Positions 38,742-48,107 of a stretch of DNA of 64,000 bases are shown here, piece after piece. The notes under the pieces were generated by a model. It had not been told where the DNA came from and did not search any database. It saw only the letters and a list, made by a program, of their open reading frames with translations. Each line of letters begins with the position of its first letter. Within the stretch, counting starts at the first letter, position 1. The translations under genes were made by a program, and so were the position numbers. Origin of the DNA: an uncultured Thermoplasmata archaeon (GTDB lineage Archaea; Thermoplasmatota; Thermoplasmata; UBA10834); NCBI GenBank assembly GCA_963719945.1, contig CAVRDX010000001.1, positions 76,358-140,357 on the forward strand, written 5' to 3'.

Positions 38742-39576
38742 TCATCGTTCCTGCCTTTTCCTTCCCGCTTCGTCGATGGCCCTCGCCGCCTCCGATGTCG
38801 CATGGTCCAAACTGACTGGTATGGATCGGAAGTCATAGCCCATGCCCTTTAGCCTGGAGAACAGTTTCGAGAGTGGCGGCAACTCTATGCCTGCATGCTC
38901 GAGCATGTCCTTCCTGTGTGCCAGGTCTGTCAAGGTCCCATCGAACATGACCGATCTATTTATGACTATCACACGGTCCGCGAGGTCCGCCACAGCTTCC
39001 AGGTCGTGTGTGGCCATCAGCATCGTTCTCTTCATGCCCTTCAGGAGACCTATCAGGTCAGATCTGGCTTTTGGGTCCAATCCCGAGGTGGGCTCGTCCA
39101 GGAGGAGTATGGCCGGCTCCATCGCCAATACCCCGGCGATCGCCACCCTCTTCTTCATGCCATGGCTGAGCCTGTGTGGCACCCGCTTCCCTAGGTCCTC
39201 TGTGCCAGTGCTCCTAAGAGCCTTCGTCACTCTTCCTTGTATATCGCCGAGGCCCAGGTTCTGGGGACCGAAAGCGACGTCTTCCTCGACCGTGGGCATG
39301 AATATCTGATCATCTGGATCCTGGAACAGCATGCCTAAATGCCTTCTCACTCTGTCCTCGTTTCTATCCTCCAGAACATCACCGTTCACGACGACCTTTC
39401 CTGTGAACGGGGTTCTGAAGCCTGCAATCAGGCTGAACAGCGTCGATTTCCCCGCACCGTTGGGGCCTATTATTGCCACCTTCTCGCCGGGCTCGACCTT
39501 GAATGATATCTCCTTCAATCGCCGGGGTTCCGTCCTCGTATGAGAACGACAGTCCGTCTATCTCAAGTATGTTCAT
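38742..39576 (-). CDS. cbiO: ECF transporter ATP-binding protein (CbiO/NikO type), interrupted by an apparent 1-nt frameshift near 39516-39519
   Basis: The first 20 codons (MNILEIDGLSFSYEDGTPAI) start at ATG 39576, which overlaps the cbiQ stop as ATGA. The rest (KEISFKVEPGEKVAIIGPNGAGKST..., LSHGMKKRV, LLLDEPTSGLD) is in another frame. Confidence 0.85.
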
Positions 39577-40328
39577 GTGAACGCCCCCAGCTGGAATGTC
39601 ATTAGAAGGCCGGAAACGACCGCGAACCATGCGATGAATGCGAGGTCTGCCGCTGCGAGCCTGGTCCGCTTCCATGTCTTCAGATCGAAATTAAAGCCCC
39701 TCATCTTCAATCCTTCATATCCCTTCTCTGCCCTGTCGGATGCCCTGACGAACACCATCCCTGCGGTGTAGCCGATTATCTTCAGGCCTCTCAGGTCGAA
39801 TAGGCTCTTTCCGCCCGAGAAACCCCTCGCCTTCCTGGCCGTCTTCATCCTGCCGAGCTCATCGGCCATCAGCACTATGTACTTGTATGTCAGCATCAAC
39901 AGGGTCGAGATGATCTTCGGAACACCCAGCCTCCTCAGCCCCGCGAACAGTTGGAGGCTCTCGGTGGCGCTGGCAAGCACCAGGAGCGCGATGACGCAGG
40001 CGCTCGTCCTCGCCCACATGCCTATTCCACGGTCGATCCCGGCAAATAGGAATACGGATACTGAAGCTATCAGGATGAACGGCAAGGCTCCGGCATATGC
40101 TTTGATCAGGTGTCTGGCGGGGACCTGGCTGAATGCTGCGAATATGATCGAGAGCGCAAGAGCTGCGAATATCAGCTCCGTGACTGTCAGCATAGCTGAG
40201 ACCGTCACGAACACGACTACGCCGATTATCTTCGCGCGCGCATCGAGTTTCCCCATCCAGCTGGCTCTCGCATGCTCGTCGAGCTCATCGGTCCGTGTAT
40301 GGTGTCCTCGAACATGCCCTACGATCAT
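39573..40328 (-). CDS. cbiQ: ECF transporter transmembrane (T) component CbiQ
   Basis: 251 aa, about 5 TM helices. ARKARGF motif typical of CbiQ/EcfT. Flanked by cbiM and cbiO. Confidence 0.85.
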   Translation of the reverse strand: MIVGHVRGHHTRTDELDEHARASWMGKLDARAKIIGVVVFVTVSAMLTVTELIFAALALSIIFAAFSQVPARHLIKAYAGALPFILIASVSVFLFAGIDRGIGMWARTSACVIALLVLASATESLQLFAGLRRLGVPKIISTLLMLTYKYIVLMADELGRMKTARKARGFSGGKSLFDLRGLKIIGYTAGMVFVRASDRAEKGYEGLKMRGFNFDLKTWKRTRLAAADLAFIAWFAVVSGLLMTFQLGAFT

Positions 40329-40334
40329 CTGTGC

Positions 40335-41330
40335 TCATTCCGCCGCTCTGCCGATTTTGAATATGTTCAGCAATCCTAAGCCGACCAATGCTGTCGCCAC
40401 GAAGCCCAGGATGCCTGCGAACAGGGCAGCGAAATAGGTCTCGCCGTATTCGAAAGGTGAGGTCAGCACGGCATCTCCCTCGTCCACGCCCGCGTCCTCC
40501 ATCGTCTTCTCGAGCCCATCCGCACCCTCGCTCGAGTACATGAAGTACAGTGGGAGTGCCAGAGCGAACACTATCAGCACCGCTACGGTCGCTTGGGCTA
40601 TCTTGGATGTCATGATGCCTTTGAGTCCGGGTACAGCCACCTTCTTTTCAGATAATGATCTGAACGCGTTGGGGGATACGCTGAGCACATAGGCCGCGAC
40701 AGCTACGGTTATTATTGCCTCGCCTATCGCTATTATCACATGGTAGCCGAGCATCGCGGGGATGGAAACAGTCGCGGCTATGCCGTATGCGCCATCGGAT
40801 ATCGCATAGCTGACTGCCAGCTCAGCAGCGCAGGCAGATGCGGAGACAAATACGGACGCCCATGCGCCCACGCCTATAGCGATGGCTGTGCCGAGGTTCA
40901 TCTTTCCATGTTTGGTAGCGCCCTTGAGACCGGCCAGGAATGGCTGGACAAGTGTGTAGACTCCCCATCCCGTCAATGGAGCTATGATGGCCATATTGGT
41001 GGCGTTGAGCCCGAAAGCAGTGATGCCTCCATCTCCGAACATCAGAGCCTGTATCAACAGGATGACCGTCATGCCGACCATCGCGATGACTGGTCCTGCC
41101 AGGATCGCGAACAGAGCAGCGCCCACCAAGTGGCCGGTTGTGCCGCCACCTATCGGGAAGTTGAGCATCTGAGCCACGAATATCCCTGCCGAGAGGACTG
41201 CTATCCTCGGGAGGTCCTTCTCTTTGAATTTCTTCCCGGATATCAGTAGTGCGACTGCGATCACGACCATGAATTCAATCCAGCCGATGGCTGAAACCAT
41301 CGGATCCATCAAACCGTCTGGTATGTGCAT
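40335..41330 (-). CDS. cbiM: CbiM/NikM substrate-capture component fused to a PDGLE-type domain
   Basis: From ATG 41330: MHIPDGLMDP..., the canonical CbiM N-terminus. The C-terminal part SSEGADGLEKTMEDAG...FEYGETY plus a final TM resembles the PDGLE domain. Confidence 0.85.
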   Translation of the reverse strand: MHIPDGLMDPMVSAIGWIEFMVVIAVALLISGKKFKEKDLPRIAVLSAGIFVAQMLNFPIGGGTTGHLVGAALFAILAGPVIAMVGMTVILLIQALMFGDGGITAFGLNATNMAIIAPLTGWGVYTLVQPFLAGLKGATKHGKMNLGTAIAIGVGAWASVFVSASACAAELAVSYAISDGAYGIAATVSIPAMLGYHVIIAIGEAIITVAVAAYVLSVSPNAFRSLSEKKVAVPGLKGIMTSKIAQATVAVLIVFALALPLYFMYSSEGADGLEKTMEDAGVDEGDAVLTSPFEYGETYFAALFAGILGFVATALVGLGLLNIFKIGRAAE

Positions 41331-41342
41331 CTCATCTTCTCC

Positions 41343-41390
41343 CGTAATACATTTTGTTAATTTCGTAATACCGAATTGCGACGAAGTATT
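41343..41390. promoter_or_regulatory. candidate NikR operator in the cbiM / nikR divergent intergenic region
   Basis: CGTAATAC occurs at 41343-41350 and 41364-41371, 21 bp apart. TAATAC-N14-GTATTT imperfect inverted repeat at 41366-41391. The half-site resembles the TCATAC half-site of the E. coli NikR operator. Confidence 0.3.
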
Positions 41391-41431
41391 TATCTGTTCG
41401 CAAGCGCGCGCATCCACGCAGGCGAATCATT

Positions 41432-41872
41432 ATGTCGCACCTTCCCAATCCAAGGGCGATGGCCAGGAAGGAAAGGGTGTCTCTCAGCATAGAAAGCGAT
41501 CTGATCAAGGAGTTCGATTCGATAGCCAACGGTCTGGGCCATCCGACGCGCTCAAAAGCCGTTGGCGAAGCCATGAGGGAGTTCGTCGCAAAGAAGAAGT
41601 GGGACATGGCTGGGAAAGGCATCGTGCCAGGGGTCATACTGGTGACATACGATCATCACTCTCGAGGAGTCAACAACGCCCTGACCGAACTCCAGCACGA
41701 CTATCCTGATGTCGTAAACGCGACGATGCACGTCCACCTGTCGAAGCACACATGCCTCGAGGTGATAGCCTTCAAGGGGGAGGCCGACCGTGTCCGGTCT
41801 TTGGCGAGGACTCTGCAGTCTCAGAAGGGTGTCCTCGATCTCAAATTGATTTCCGCCCCATCATCTAGATGA
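41432..41872 (+). CDS. nikR: nickel-responsive transcriptional regulator NikR (RHH plus metal-binding domain)
   Basis: RHH region ERVSLSIESDLIKEFDS. C-domain with the His/Cys pattern VTYDHH...TMHVHL..HTCLEVIAFKGE. Alternative start ATG 41459. Confidence 0.88.
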   Translation: MSHLPNPRAMARKERVSLSIESDLIKEFDSIANGLGHPTRSKAVGEAMREFVAKKKWDMAGKGIVPGVILVTYDHHSRGVNNALTELQHDYPDVVNATMHVHLSKHTCLEVIAFKGEADRVRSLARTLQSQKGVLDLKLISAPSSR

Positions 41873-41967
41873 ATTACATGGGTTGAACTAAAACGGTGCA
41901 ACTGATTGCATACTGACCATGTTCTGTTCAATCATCGTTGAATCAAATAGTGGATGGGCTTCGGTCC

Positions 41968-42561
41968 TCAATGGCCCCCTATGAGTATGAGTACGATAGC
42001 CGTCCCAAGCCCTGCTATCACGAACCTCAAGCCTGTGTAGACAATCATCTCTTTGATCAGGCTGCCGAGGTATGCGCCGAGGAAGAACAGGAAGCAGAGC
42101 GTGACGATCGTTCCGGTCACGACCGCTTCATCGAGGGTCATGAAGAAGAACGGAATCAGAGGGACGAAAGCGGCCAAGAGCGGGGCGATCCCATGCACCA
42201 ACGCGCTCACGGCTATGCTCACGTTCATCGCATCCTTCCTCGTGCCCTCCACATTGCTGAGCATGGCCTTCTCAAGGTTCTTGTGGCTGAGCATATGCTC
42301 GACCCTCTCAGCCTCATAGGCCCCCACCGCGCTTGACACGGCAAGCGCGACACCGGCCGCCAGGCCAGTGGCCAATATCAGTTGCTGCGCGATCTCCGGA
42401 TGCACGCCTGTCTCAGCAGCATACGCCCCCAAGATGACCCCTAGAATAGTCAAAGCGCCATCGAACGCACCTATGACGAAGTATCTCCTGGCGATAGAGC
42501 CTGACTTCGTCAGCTCGAAATGGAACCTCATCCTTTTCAGCGATTCAGAGAATCTTGACAT
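41968..42561 (-). CDS. VIT1/CCC1-family iron/manganese transporter
   Basis: 197 aa. IARRYFVIGAFDGALTILGVILG and 4-5 TM helices, typical of the VIT family. Confidence 0.75.
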   Translation of the reverse strand: MSRFSESLKRMRFHFELTKSGSIARRYFVIGAFDGALTILGVILGAYAAETGVHPEIAQQLILATGLAAGVALAVSSAVGAYEAERVEHMLSHKNLEKAMLSNVEGTRKDAMNVSIAVSALVHGIAPLLAAFVPLIPFFFMTLDEAVVTGTIVTLCFLFFLGAYLGSLIKEMIVYTGLRFVIAGLGTAIVLILIGGH

Positions 42562-42568
42562 CTGTCAC

Positions 42569-45265
42569 TCACTCTTTCTCCAGGGCTTCCTTGGCCGAAG
42601 CGACCGCAGAATCGAGCGCCTCCTCGATCCTGGTCGTCTCAGGTCCACCACCCTGGGCGAAATCTGGTTTGCCCCCTCCGGAGCCGCCGACCATCTCCAT
42701 GGTCTTCTTTATCAGAGGTCTGCAGTCCATGGCCACGTCCTCGCTCCTGGCTATCACGATCTTCGCGCCACCCTGGTCCGATCCCAACACAGCAACCGTC
42801 TTGGGTTGTGCGATCAACTGCTTCGCCAGACTGACCAGGTGCTTCATGTCCTCCGACTGCAGGTGTCTGATGATCCTGATCCCATTGACCTGTAATGCCT
42901 TCTTGACAAGGTCCTCGACCGTCTCGCCGACGAGCCCCTTCTTTACGGAATCCAACTCCTTCCTCAGCTCCTTCCAATCGGCTACGAGCTTGTCTACCGC
43001 CTCGGACATGTTCTCTGGGCTGGAGTTGAGTTTGACGCTGACATCTCTGACCTCGTTCCAGACGGACATCATCTTCTCGATCGATGCCATGCCCGCAGTG
43101 AACTCCACCCTCACGACGCCATCCTGGATGCGTTTCGTGCCCAGGATCTTGATCGCTCCTACCTCGAGCGTATTCTTGCAGTGTATGCCGCCGCACGCCT
43201 CGACGTCGAAGTCTCCGATCTTCACAACTCTGAGCTCCTTGCCGGGAACAGCACCTCCCTGGTACAGCCTGAACCCGTGCCTCTTCTCCGCAAGCGTCCT
43301 TTCCATGAACGAGCTCTGGACCTTGGTCCCCGATAGGACGGTCTCGTTGGCTATCGTCTCGATCTTCTCGAGCTCATCCTTTGTAAGGTCGGCGTAGTGT
43401 GTGATGTCCAGTCTGGCTGCGTCAGAAGCTTTGTGCGCTCCTGTCTGCCATATATGGTTGCCGAGAACGCTCCTCGCTGCACCGTTTATTATGTGCGTGG
43501 CGGTGTGATGGCGCTGGAGTCGTCTCCTCCTTTTCTCGTCTATCGTGCATGTGATCAGCTTGCCTACCTTGGCCTGCATCTCGCCTTCGACCTTGTGGAC
43601 GACTACGTTGCCTATCTTGTCGACATGGACGACCTTCATGTCCTTCATGGTGCCAGTATCGCTTTCCTGGCCCCCGCTCTCCGCGTAGAAACAGGTCTTG
43701 TCGAGTACGACGAGATCGTTCACTATCGCGAGGACCTTCGCCCTGAACTTGTATTTGTACGGATCCTTGAAGAACAGCTGCTTGGTTGCAGGAAGGTCCT
43801 TGGGAAGCTGCACCCCGGCAATTACCTCCTCAATATCCTTCGTCTTGGCGTGTCTAGCTGCCACACGCTTGTAGAAGTCGTCTGGGACGTCCACCTTGGA
43901 GTTGGCAAATTCTGCCACCACCTCGGGATTGAGTCCATGTGAGTCGTATAGCTCGATCAGTTCCGCATCGGAGATCCCTTTGCCTTCCTTATGGAGCGAT
44001 TCCTCGAGCCGTTTGACGATGCTCTTCCCCTTGACCAGCGTCTCATGATACTTGTCTTGCTCGACATCCACCAACTTCAGTATCTCGTCCTTGTTCTCCT
44101 TGAGGTCTGGGAAGTCCTTGGAGAAATAATCCACTTGTAGTGCCACTATCTCGGACAGCTTCTCCTCGATGCCCAGCTGAGACATCTCACGGAGCGCGCG
44201 TCTCACGAGCAACCGTCCGAAGTATCCCTGCCTAACATTCGAGGGCACGACGCCGTCGCTGAGCATGAACATGAGCGCCCTGGTATGGTCGCATATCACG
44301 TACATGCTCTCGAAGGGTTTGATGAACCTCATGAAATCGTCAACGTTCATACCTAGTCTGGCCGCGGTGTCAGCTCTGAGTTCCCTCACATCGGCTGCGG
44401 TCTCGATCTTCAGAGATCCCGCGACCTTCGAGTACTCGGCCAATGCCTTGTCATCCACTTTTGTGCCAGAGAGTTCCTTGAGCTTGCCGAGCACGGATCC
44501 GAAAACGGCCTCGTACGCGGATGGTGTACCCTGGGACATCCAGGTGAGTCTCTCAAGACCGTATCCTGTGTCTACCACTTGCATGTCGAGTGGTTTCAGA
44601 TTACCGTTCTCTGTGGCGTAAGCCATGAACACGAGCGTGGCGACCTCCACTCCGCCGAGAAGGACTTCAAGGCATGGTCCGGCATTGCCTCCTCCCTCCC
44701 ACCAGGCCTCAGAATAGTTGACCGCCTTGGGATCGAGTCCCTGGACCTTTGTGAGGAACTCGTGGCAGAGCTCCGTCGTACGGTCCTTCCAGTAGACTTC
44801 TTTCCCCTTCTTGTTGAAGACGTGGTGTGCCATCATCTCGAACATGGTGAGATGAGAGCCCGTCTTGCCCACATTGTCGATATCGTTGAATCTGACGCAG
44901 GTCTGTGATATGCCCAAGGGGTTCGCTGGCGGCTCGACCACTCCCTGTATGACCCACGGCTGGAACCCATAGATGCTCGCCTGTGTGAAGAATACATCAT
45001 CTCTCCATCTGGCAGTGATCGGATACCTGCCGATTCTCGTGTGCCCCTCCTTCTCTAGGAAAGACAGGAAGCTCTCCCGCATCTCATGGACGCTGAGCTT
45101 CTCCTTGAAGAGAGGTTTGCCGATGAATGTGTATTCGACGCAAGGCGCCTCGCCGCATGTCTCGCTGTCCCCCAGGGTCCAGTAGAACTTGCCACACTTC
45201 TTGCATTGCTTCCGCTGGAAGCCGTTGCTCTTGAAGAACTCGAGCTCGTAATCCTTGGGTTCCAT
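42569..45265 (-). CDS. alaS: alanine--tRNA ligase
   Basis: 898 aa. Archaeal AlaRS N-terminus with a CKKCGKFYW Zn motif, editing-domain HHTATH ... CGGIH, and a C-terminal DHHA1-like region. Confidence 0.96.
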   Translation of the reverse strand: MEPKDYELEFFKSNGFQRKQCKKCGKFYWTLGDSETCGEAPCVEYTFIGKPLFKEKLSVHEMRESFLSFLEKEGHTRIGRYPITARWRDDVFFTQASIYGFQPWVIQGVVEPPANPLGISQTCVRFNDIDNVGKTGSHLTMFEMMAHHVFNKKGKEVYWKDRTTELCHEFLTKVQGLDPKAVNYSEAWWEGGGNAGPCLEVLLGGVEVATLVFMAYATENGNLKPLDMQVVDTGYGLERLTWMSQGTPSAYEAVFGSVLGKLKELSGTKVDDKALAEYSKVAGSLKIETAADVRELRADTAARLGMNVDDFMRFIKPFESMYVICDHTRALMFMLSDGVVPSNVRQGYFGRLLVRRALREMSQLGIEEKLSEIVALQVDYFSKDFPDLKENKDEILKLVDVEQDKYHETLVKGKSIVKRLEESLHKEGKGISDAELIELYDSHGLNPEVVAEFANSKVDVPDDFYKRVAARHAKTKDIEEVIAGVQLPKDLPATKQLFFKDPYKYKFRAKVLAIVNDLVVLDKTCFYAESGGQESDTGTMKDMKVVHVDKIGNVVVHKVEGEMQAKVGKLITCTIDEKRRRRLQRHHTATHIINGAARSVLGNHIWQTGAHKASDAARLDITHYADLTKDELEKIETIANETVLSGTKVQSSFMERTLAEKRHGFRLYQGGAVPGKELRVVKIGDFDVEACGGIHCKNTLEVGAIKILGTKRIQDGVVRVEFTAGMASIEKMMSVWNEVRDVSVKLNSSPENMSEAVDKLVADWKELRKELDSVKKGLVGETVEDLVKKALQVNGIRIIRHLQSEDMKHLVSLAKQLIAQPKTVAVLGSDQGGAKIVIARSEDVAMDCRPLIKKTMEMVGGSGGGKPDFAQGGGPETTRIEEALDSAVASAKEALEKE

Positions 45266-45396
45266 CCAGGTTCTGGATGAGTCTTCAGAATATAACGGTT
45301 TTCGTCCTGGGATGCGCAGGGGGGCCTTCGATCAATTATTGGGCAACCCAGACGGGGTTATATAGCGATGAGTTGTTCGATTCGATTGGTTTGTGG

Positions 45397-47379
45397 ATGG
45401 AGTCGAAATCTGTTCGTATTGAGGTGCTCCCAATTCTGGGAGCTACATTATGTCTGGTCGCACTCGCATTCTTCAAATGGGAGGAGCGAGGGGAATTCTA
45501 TGACGGAACGGGTTTCTCCGTACTTTACTCGGATTTCCTCCCTTCAATCGTATTGATTGTGCTTGCTGGAGCCGTGATTTCGTATGTCAATTCCGTCGGC
45601 TGGATAGCGATATGCGGCGGCGTTTCGATCTATTACATCCACGCGACATCGGTTTCCGATTGGCTGATCACAAACTCTTATGAAAATCACATGTCTCCAA
45701 CGAGCCTCGGCCCTCTTCTGGCGACATTGGCTGGATTCACCGTGCTGATAGGGTTTTTCAGGCCAGTATCACTGTGTCTGCCTATTCGCTACCATGAGAT
45801 TCGCTTCAGGATCCTTTCAATCATTCCACATGATACCCATCGAGATACGTCTCGAGGCCCAGGTAGCCATAGGTTTCATCATCTCGTCGAAAGGGTGAAC
45901 CTCCTTAGCATTGCTGGCGCCTTCATTGGATTGCTATCACTGACGTTCATATGGGCCAGATATCGCATAATTGAAGATGGGAGGGATATGACACAATGGT
46001 TTGTCTTGAAGTCAGATACTGACCTATACTCGTCTTTGGGCAATCTATTATTCAATTCAATGGGCTCGTATGATTCGATTTGGTTGCATGTCAGTGGATG
46101 GTGTGTTCTGGTTGGGTCGTTGATGGCACTATTCACAATCATTGGTGGAACCGTTCAGCTGCTCGGAGCATCGATATTTGCATTGGATTTTGCGAATTCT
46201 CAATCCATTTATCCTATCCCAGACAGCACTCGCTATGTTGGTGATCCCGCATTCGGCCTGGGGCTGTATCTCTGCTACATCGGAGGCATACTCGTGATAT
46301 CTTCCGCCGTGCTAATGTGGGTTGGTCGATCTCACAACCAGTCTCTCTCACGCAGTCCTTTGACCTTTGCCATCATCCCTAGAAACGAACCTTCTCAATT
46401 ACAGACAGGACCCTCTATCCGTGGAGTGCGTGCCCCTGTGAATGTCAATATTCTATGTCTTCTTGGGGCCGCCCTGGCCATCTCGTCCTTGTTTCAGGCA
46501 TGGATTGTGCGAAACGACATTTCATACATCCCACTTTCTATCTTCCATCTACCACTTGTTCTATTTGGCCTGGATTTTCTCATACCATTTGTGATACTCT
46601 TCATGATCGGTGCAGCATTCTCCTTGCTTTCTCCTATCGGAGGTTTCGTGCAATTAATTGGGTTGATCGGATTCGCGATGATGATGTCTTCTGGATACGA
46701 TGACGCTGATTTGCACATCGGATATGGCTTCCTGATCGCGATATTCGCCTGCGCATTCACCATAATGAGCGGGTTCGTTGTCCTCGAGAAACAGATTCCA
46801 AATTCGAAGATCCCGTTGTTGTCATCTCTTGCCACTGTAGGCGCGTCCGACCTCAAATCTGAGGCTGGAAGGACTGTATCGAGGGTGAAGTTGCATATGT
46901 CCAGATACTCTATGAGAGGTCTAAGAGTCAATGCCCTCTGTCTCATTGGTGCAATCATCGGTCTTCTCGCGCTCTCTCTGGATTGGTCATCCCTGTCCCT
47001 TGGCAACGTTGGATTCAGCGATAGCCCACTTTGGGTGTTTGAAAGCTCACTACGCTCGTATTCGATTACCGTATTCTTATCCCATTTCTGGTTCGCAATA
47101 CCATTTGCCATGGGCGTGTTGATCGCATTCTACTCTCCTATCGGAGGACTTTTGGAGGGAGCAGGATTGCTTCTATTCCTTGAAGAATTCCGATTTCATT
47201 CATATGCATATTCAGGTATACCGACCTACACTACATTCTCCATCGGGTTCACACTTGCTGTGATGTCATTCATACTAGTGATATCCTCAATCGTGTTCCC
47301 GTACGGCCTAGCCAAGAAGGATACTCATCCATGGTTCCTTGACCGATTATTCGTGTGGAGGATTTCGAATGTGGGATGA
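45397..47379 (+). CDS. large polytopic membrane protein built from about four internal repeat modules (unknown family)
   Basis: The ORF is open from 45277, but that lies only 11 nt from the divergent alaS start, so ATG 45397 is more plausible. The helix motif VN.L.L.GA.IGLL.L...W recurs four times and F.SPIGG..QL.G three times. Confidence 0.65.
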   Translation: MESKSVRIEVLPILGATLCLVALAFFKWEERGEFYDGTGFSVLYSDFLPSIVLIVLAGAVISYVNSVGWIAICGGVSIYYIHATSVSDWLITNSYENHMSPTSLGPLLATLAGFTVLIGFFRPVSLCLPIRYHEIRFRILSIIPHDTHRDTSRGPGSHRFHHLVERVNLLSIAGAFIGLLSLTFIWARYRIIEDGRDMTQWFVLKSDTDLYSSLGNLLFNSMGSYDSIWLHVSGWCVLVGSLMALFTIIGGTVQLLGASIFALDFANSQSIYPIPDSTRYVGDPAFGLGLYLCYIGGILVISSAVLMWVGRSHNQSLSRSPLTFAIIPRNEPSQLQTGPSIRGVRAPVNVNILCLLGAALAISSLFQAWIVRNDISYIPLSIFHLPLVLFGLDFLIPFVILFMIGAAFSLLSPIGGFVQLIGLIGFAMMMSSGYDDADLHIGYGFLIAIFACAFTIMSGFVVLEKQIPNSKIPLLSSLATVGASDLKSEAGRTVSRVKLHMSRYSMRGLRVNALCLIGAIIGLLALSLDWSSLSLGNVGFSDSPLWVFESSLRSYSITVFLSHFWFAIPFAMGVLIAFYSPIGGLLEGAGLLLFLEEFRFHSYAYSGIPTYTTFSIGFTLAVMSFILVISSIVFPYGLAKKDTHPWFLDRLFVWRISNVG

Positions 47380-47407
47380 TTGCCGCCTTATCTCGCCAGG
47401 GGGACCG

Positions 47408-48091
47408 ATGATGCCACGATTCGTGTCGCTTCTTGCTATATGGCTGACGTCGACACTCCTCCTCATCGCCACTCCGTCGCTTGGGAATCCCGGTGTCCCT
47501 TCGATCAATCCCCCAGATGATGGATTCCTGCTCCTAGTCAATCCGAGCGCGACCGCAATCCTTGCACTCATCAATTTCTCAACGGACTTGCTCTGGTTCT
47601 CTTCCCTGCTGTTGCTTGCTGGTTATTTCTTCGGTCAAGGTATCGGACGGGTGAACAGGGATACTAGGTCATTCGGAGCACTAGTATTGCTTGGCGCATT
47701 CATCATCTGCATTGCTGGCGCAATAATCGATGTCTACTTGCTGATGGACACGGTCGAAGATCCCTATACCTCGTCAATCAGATACTATGTCCTAACTGAG
47801 AATTTGATGTCGTGGGCCATCTCATCGATCCTGATATTTGCCAGCGTCTATGTGGTGTCAGTATTGATGCTCAAGATCGACTTTCTTTGTGCGCTTGTTC
47901 CCTCAGTCGGAATCGGTGTTTTGAATCTGTGTTGGTGGTTCTTGTGCATGCAGTATCATTTGTCAATCGTGCAGATAACGGTTATAGTTTCGATGATTCT
48001 CTGCCCAATCGTGTTGATCCTGCTCTCTCTATGGCACCGAAAGACATTCCCTACGAATGATATTGAACGACCCGTCAACATGTCAGAATGA
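47408..48091 (+). CDS. hypothetical polytopic membrane protein
   Basis: MMPRFVSLLAIWLTSTLLLIATPSLG signal-like start, followed by about 6 TM helices. Confidence 0.6.
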   Translation: MMPRFVSLLAIWLTSTLLLIATPSLGNPGVPSINPPDDGFLLLVNPSATAILALINFSTDLLWFSSLLLLAGYFFGQGIGRVNRDTRSFGALVLLGAFIICIAGAIIDVYLLMDTVEDPYTSSIRYYVLTENLMSWAISSILIFASVYVVSVLMLKIDFLCALVPSVGIGVLNLCWWFLCMQYHLSIVQITVIVSMILCPIVLILLSLWHRKTFPTNDIERPVNMSE

Positions 48092-48107
48092 TGGATGCTA
48101 TGAGTGA

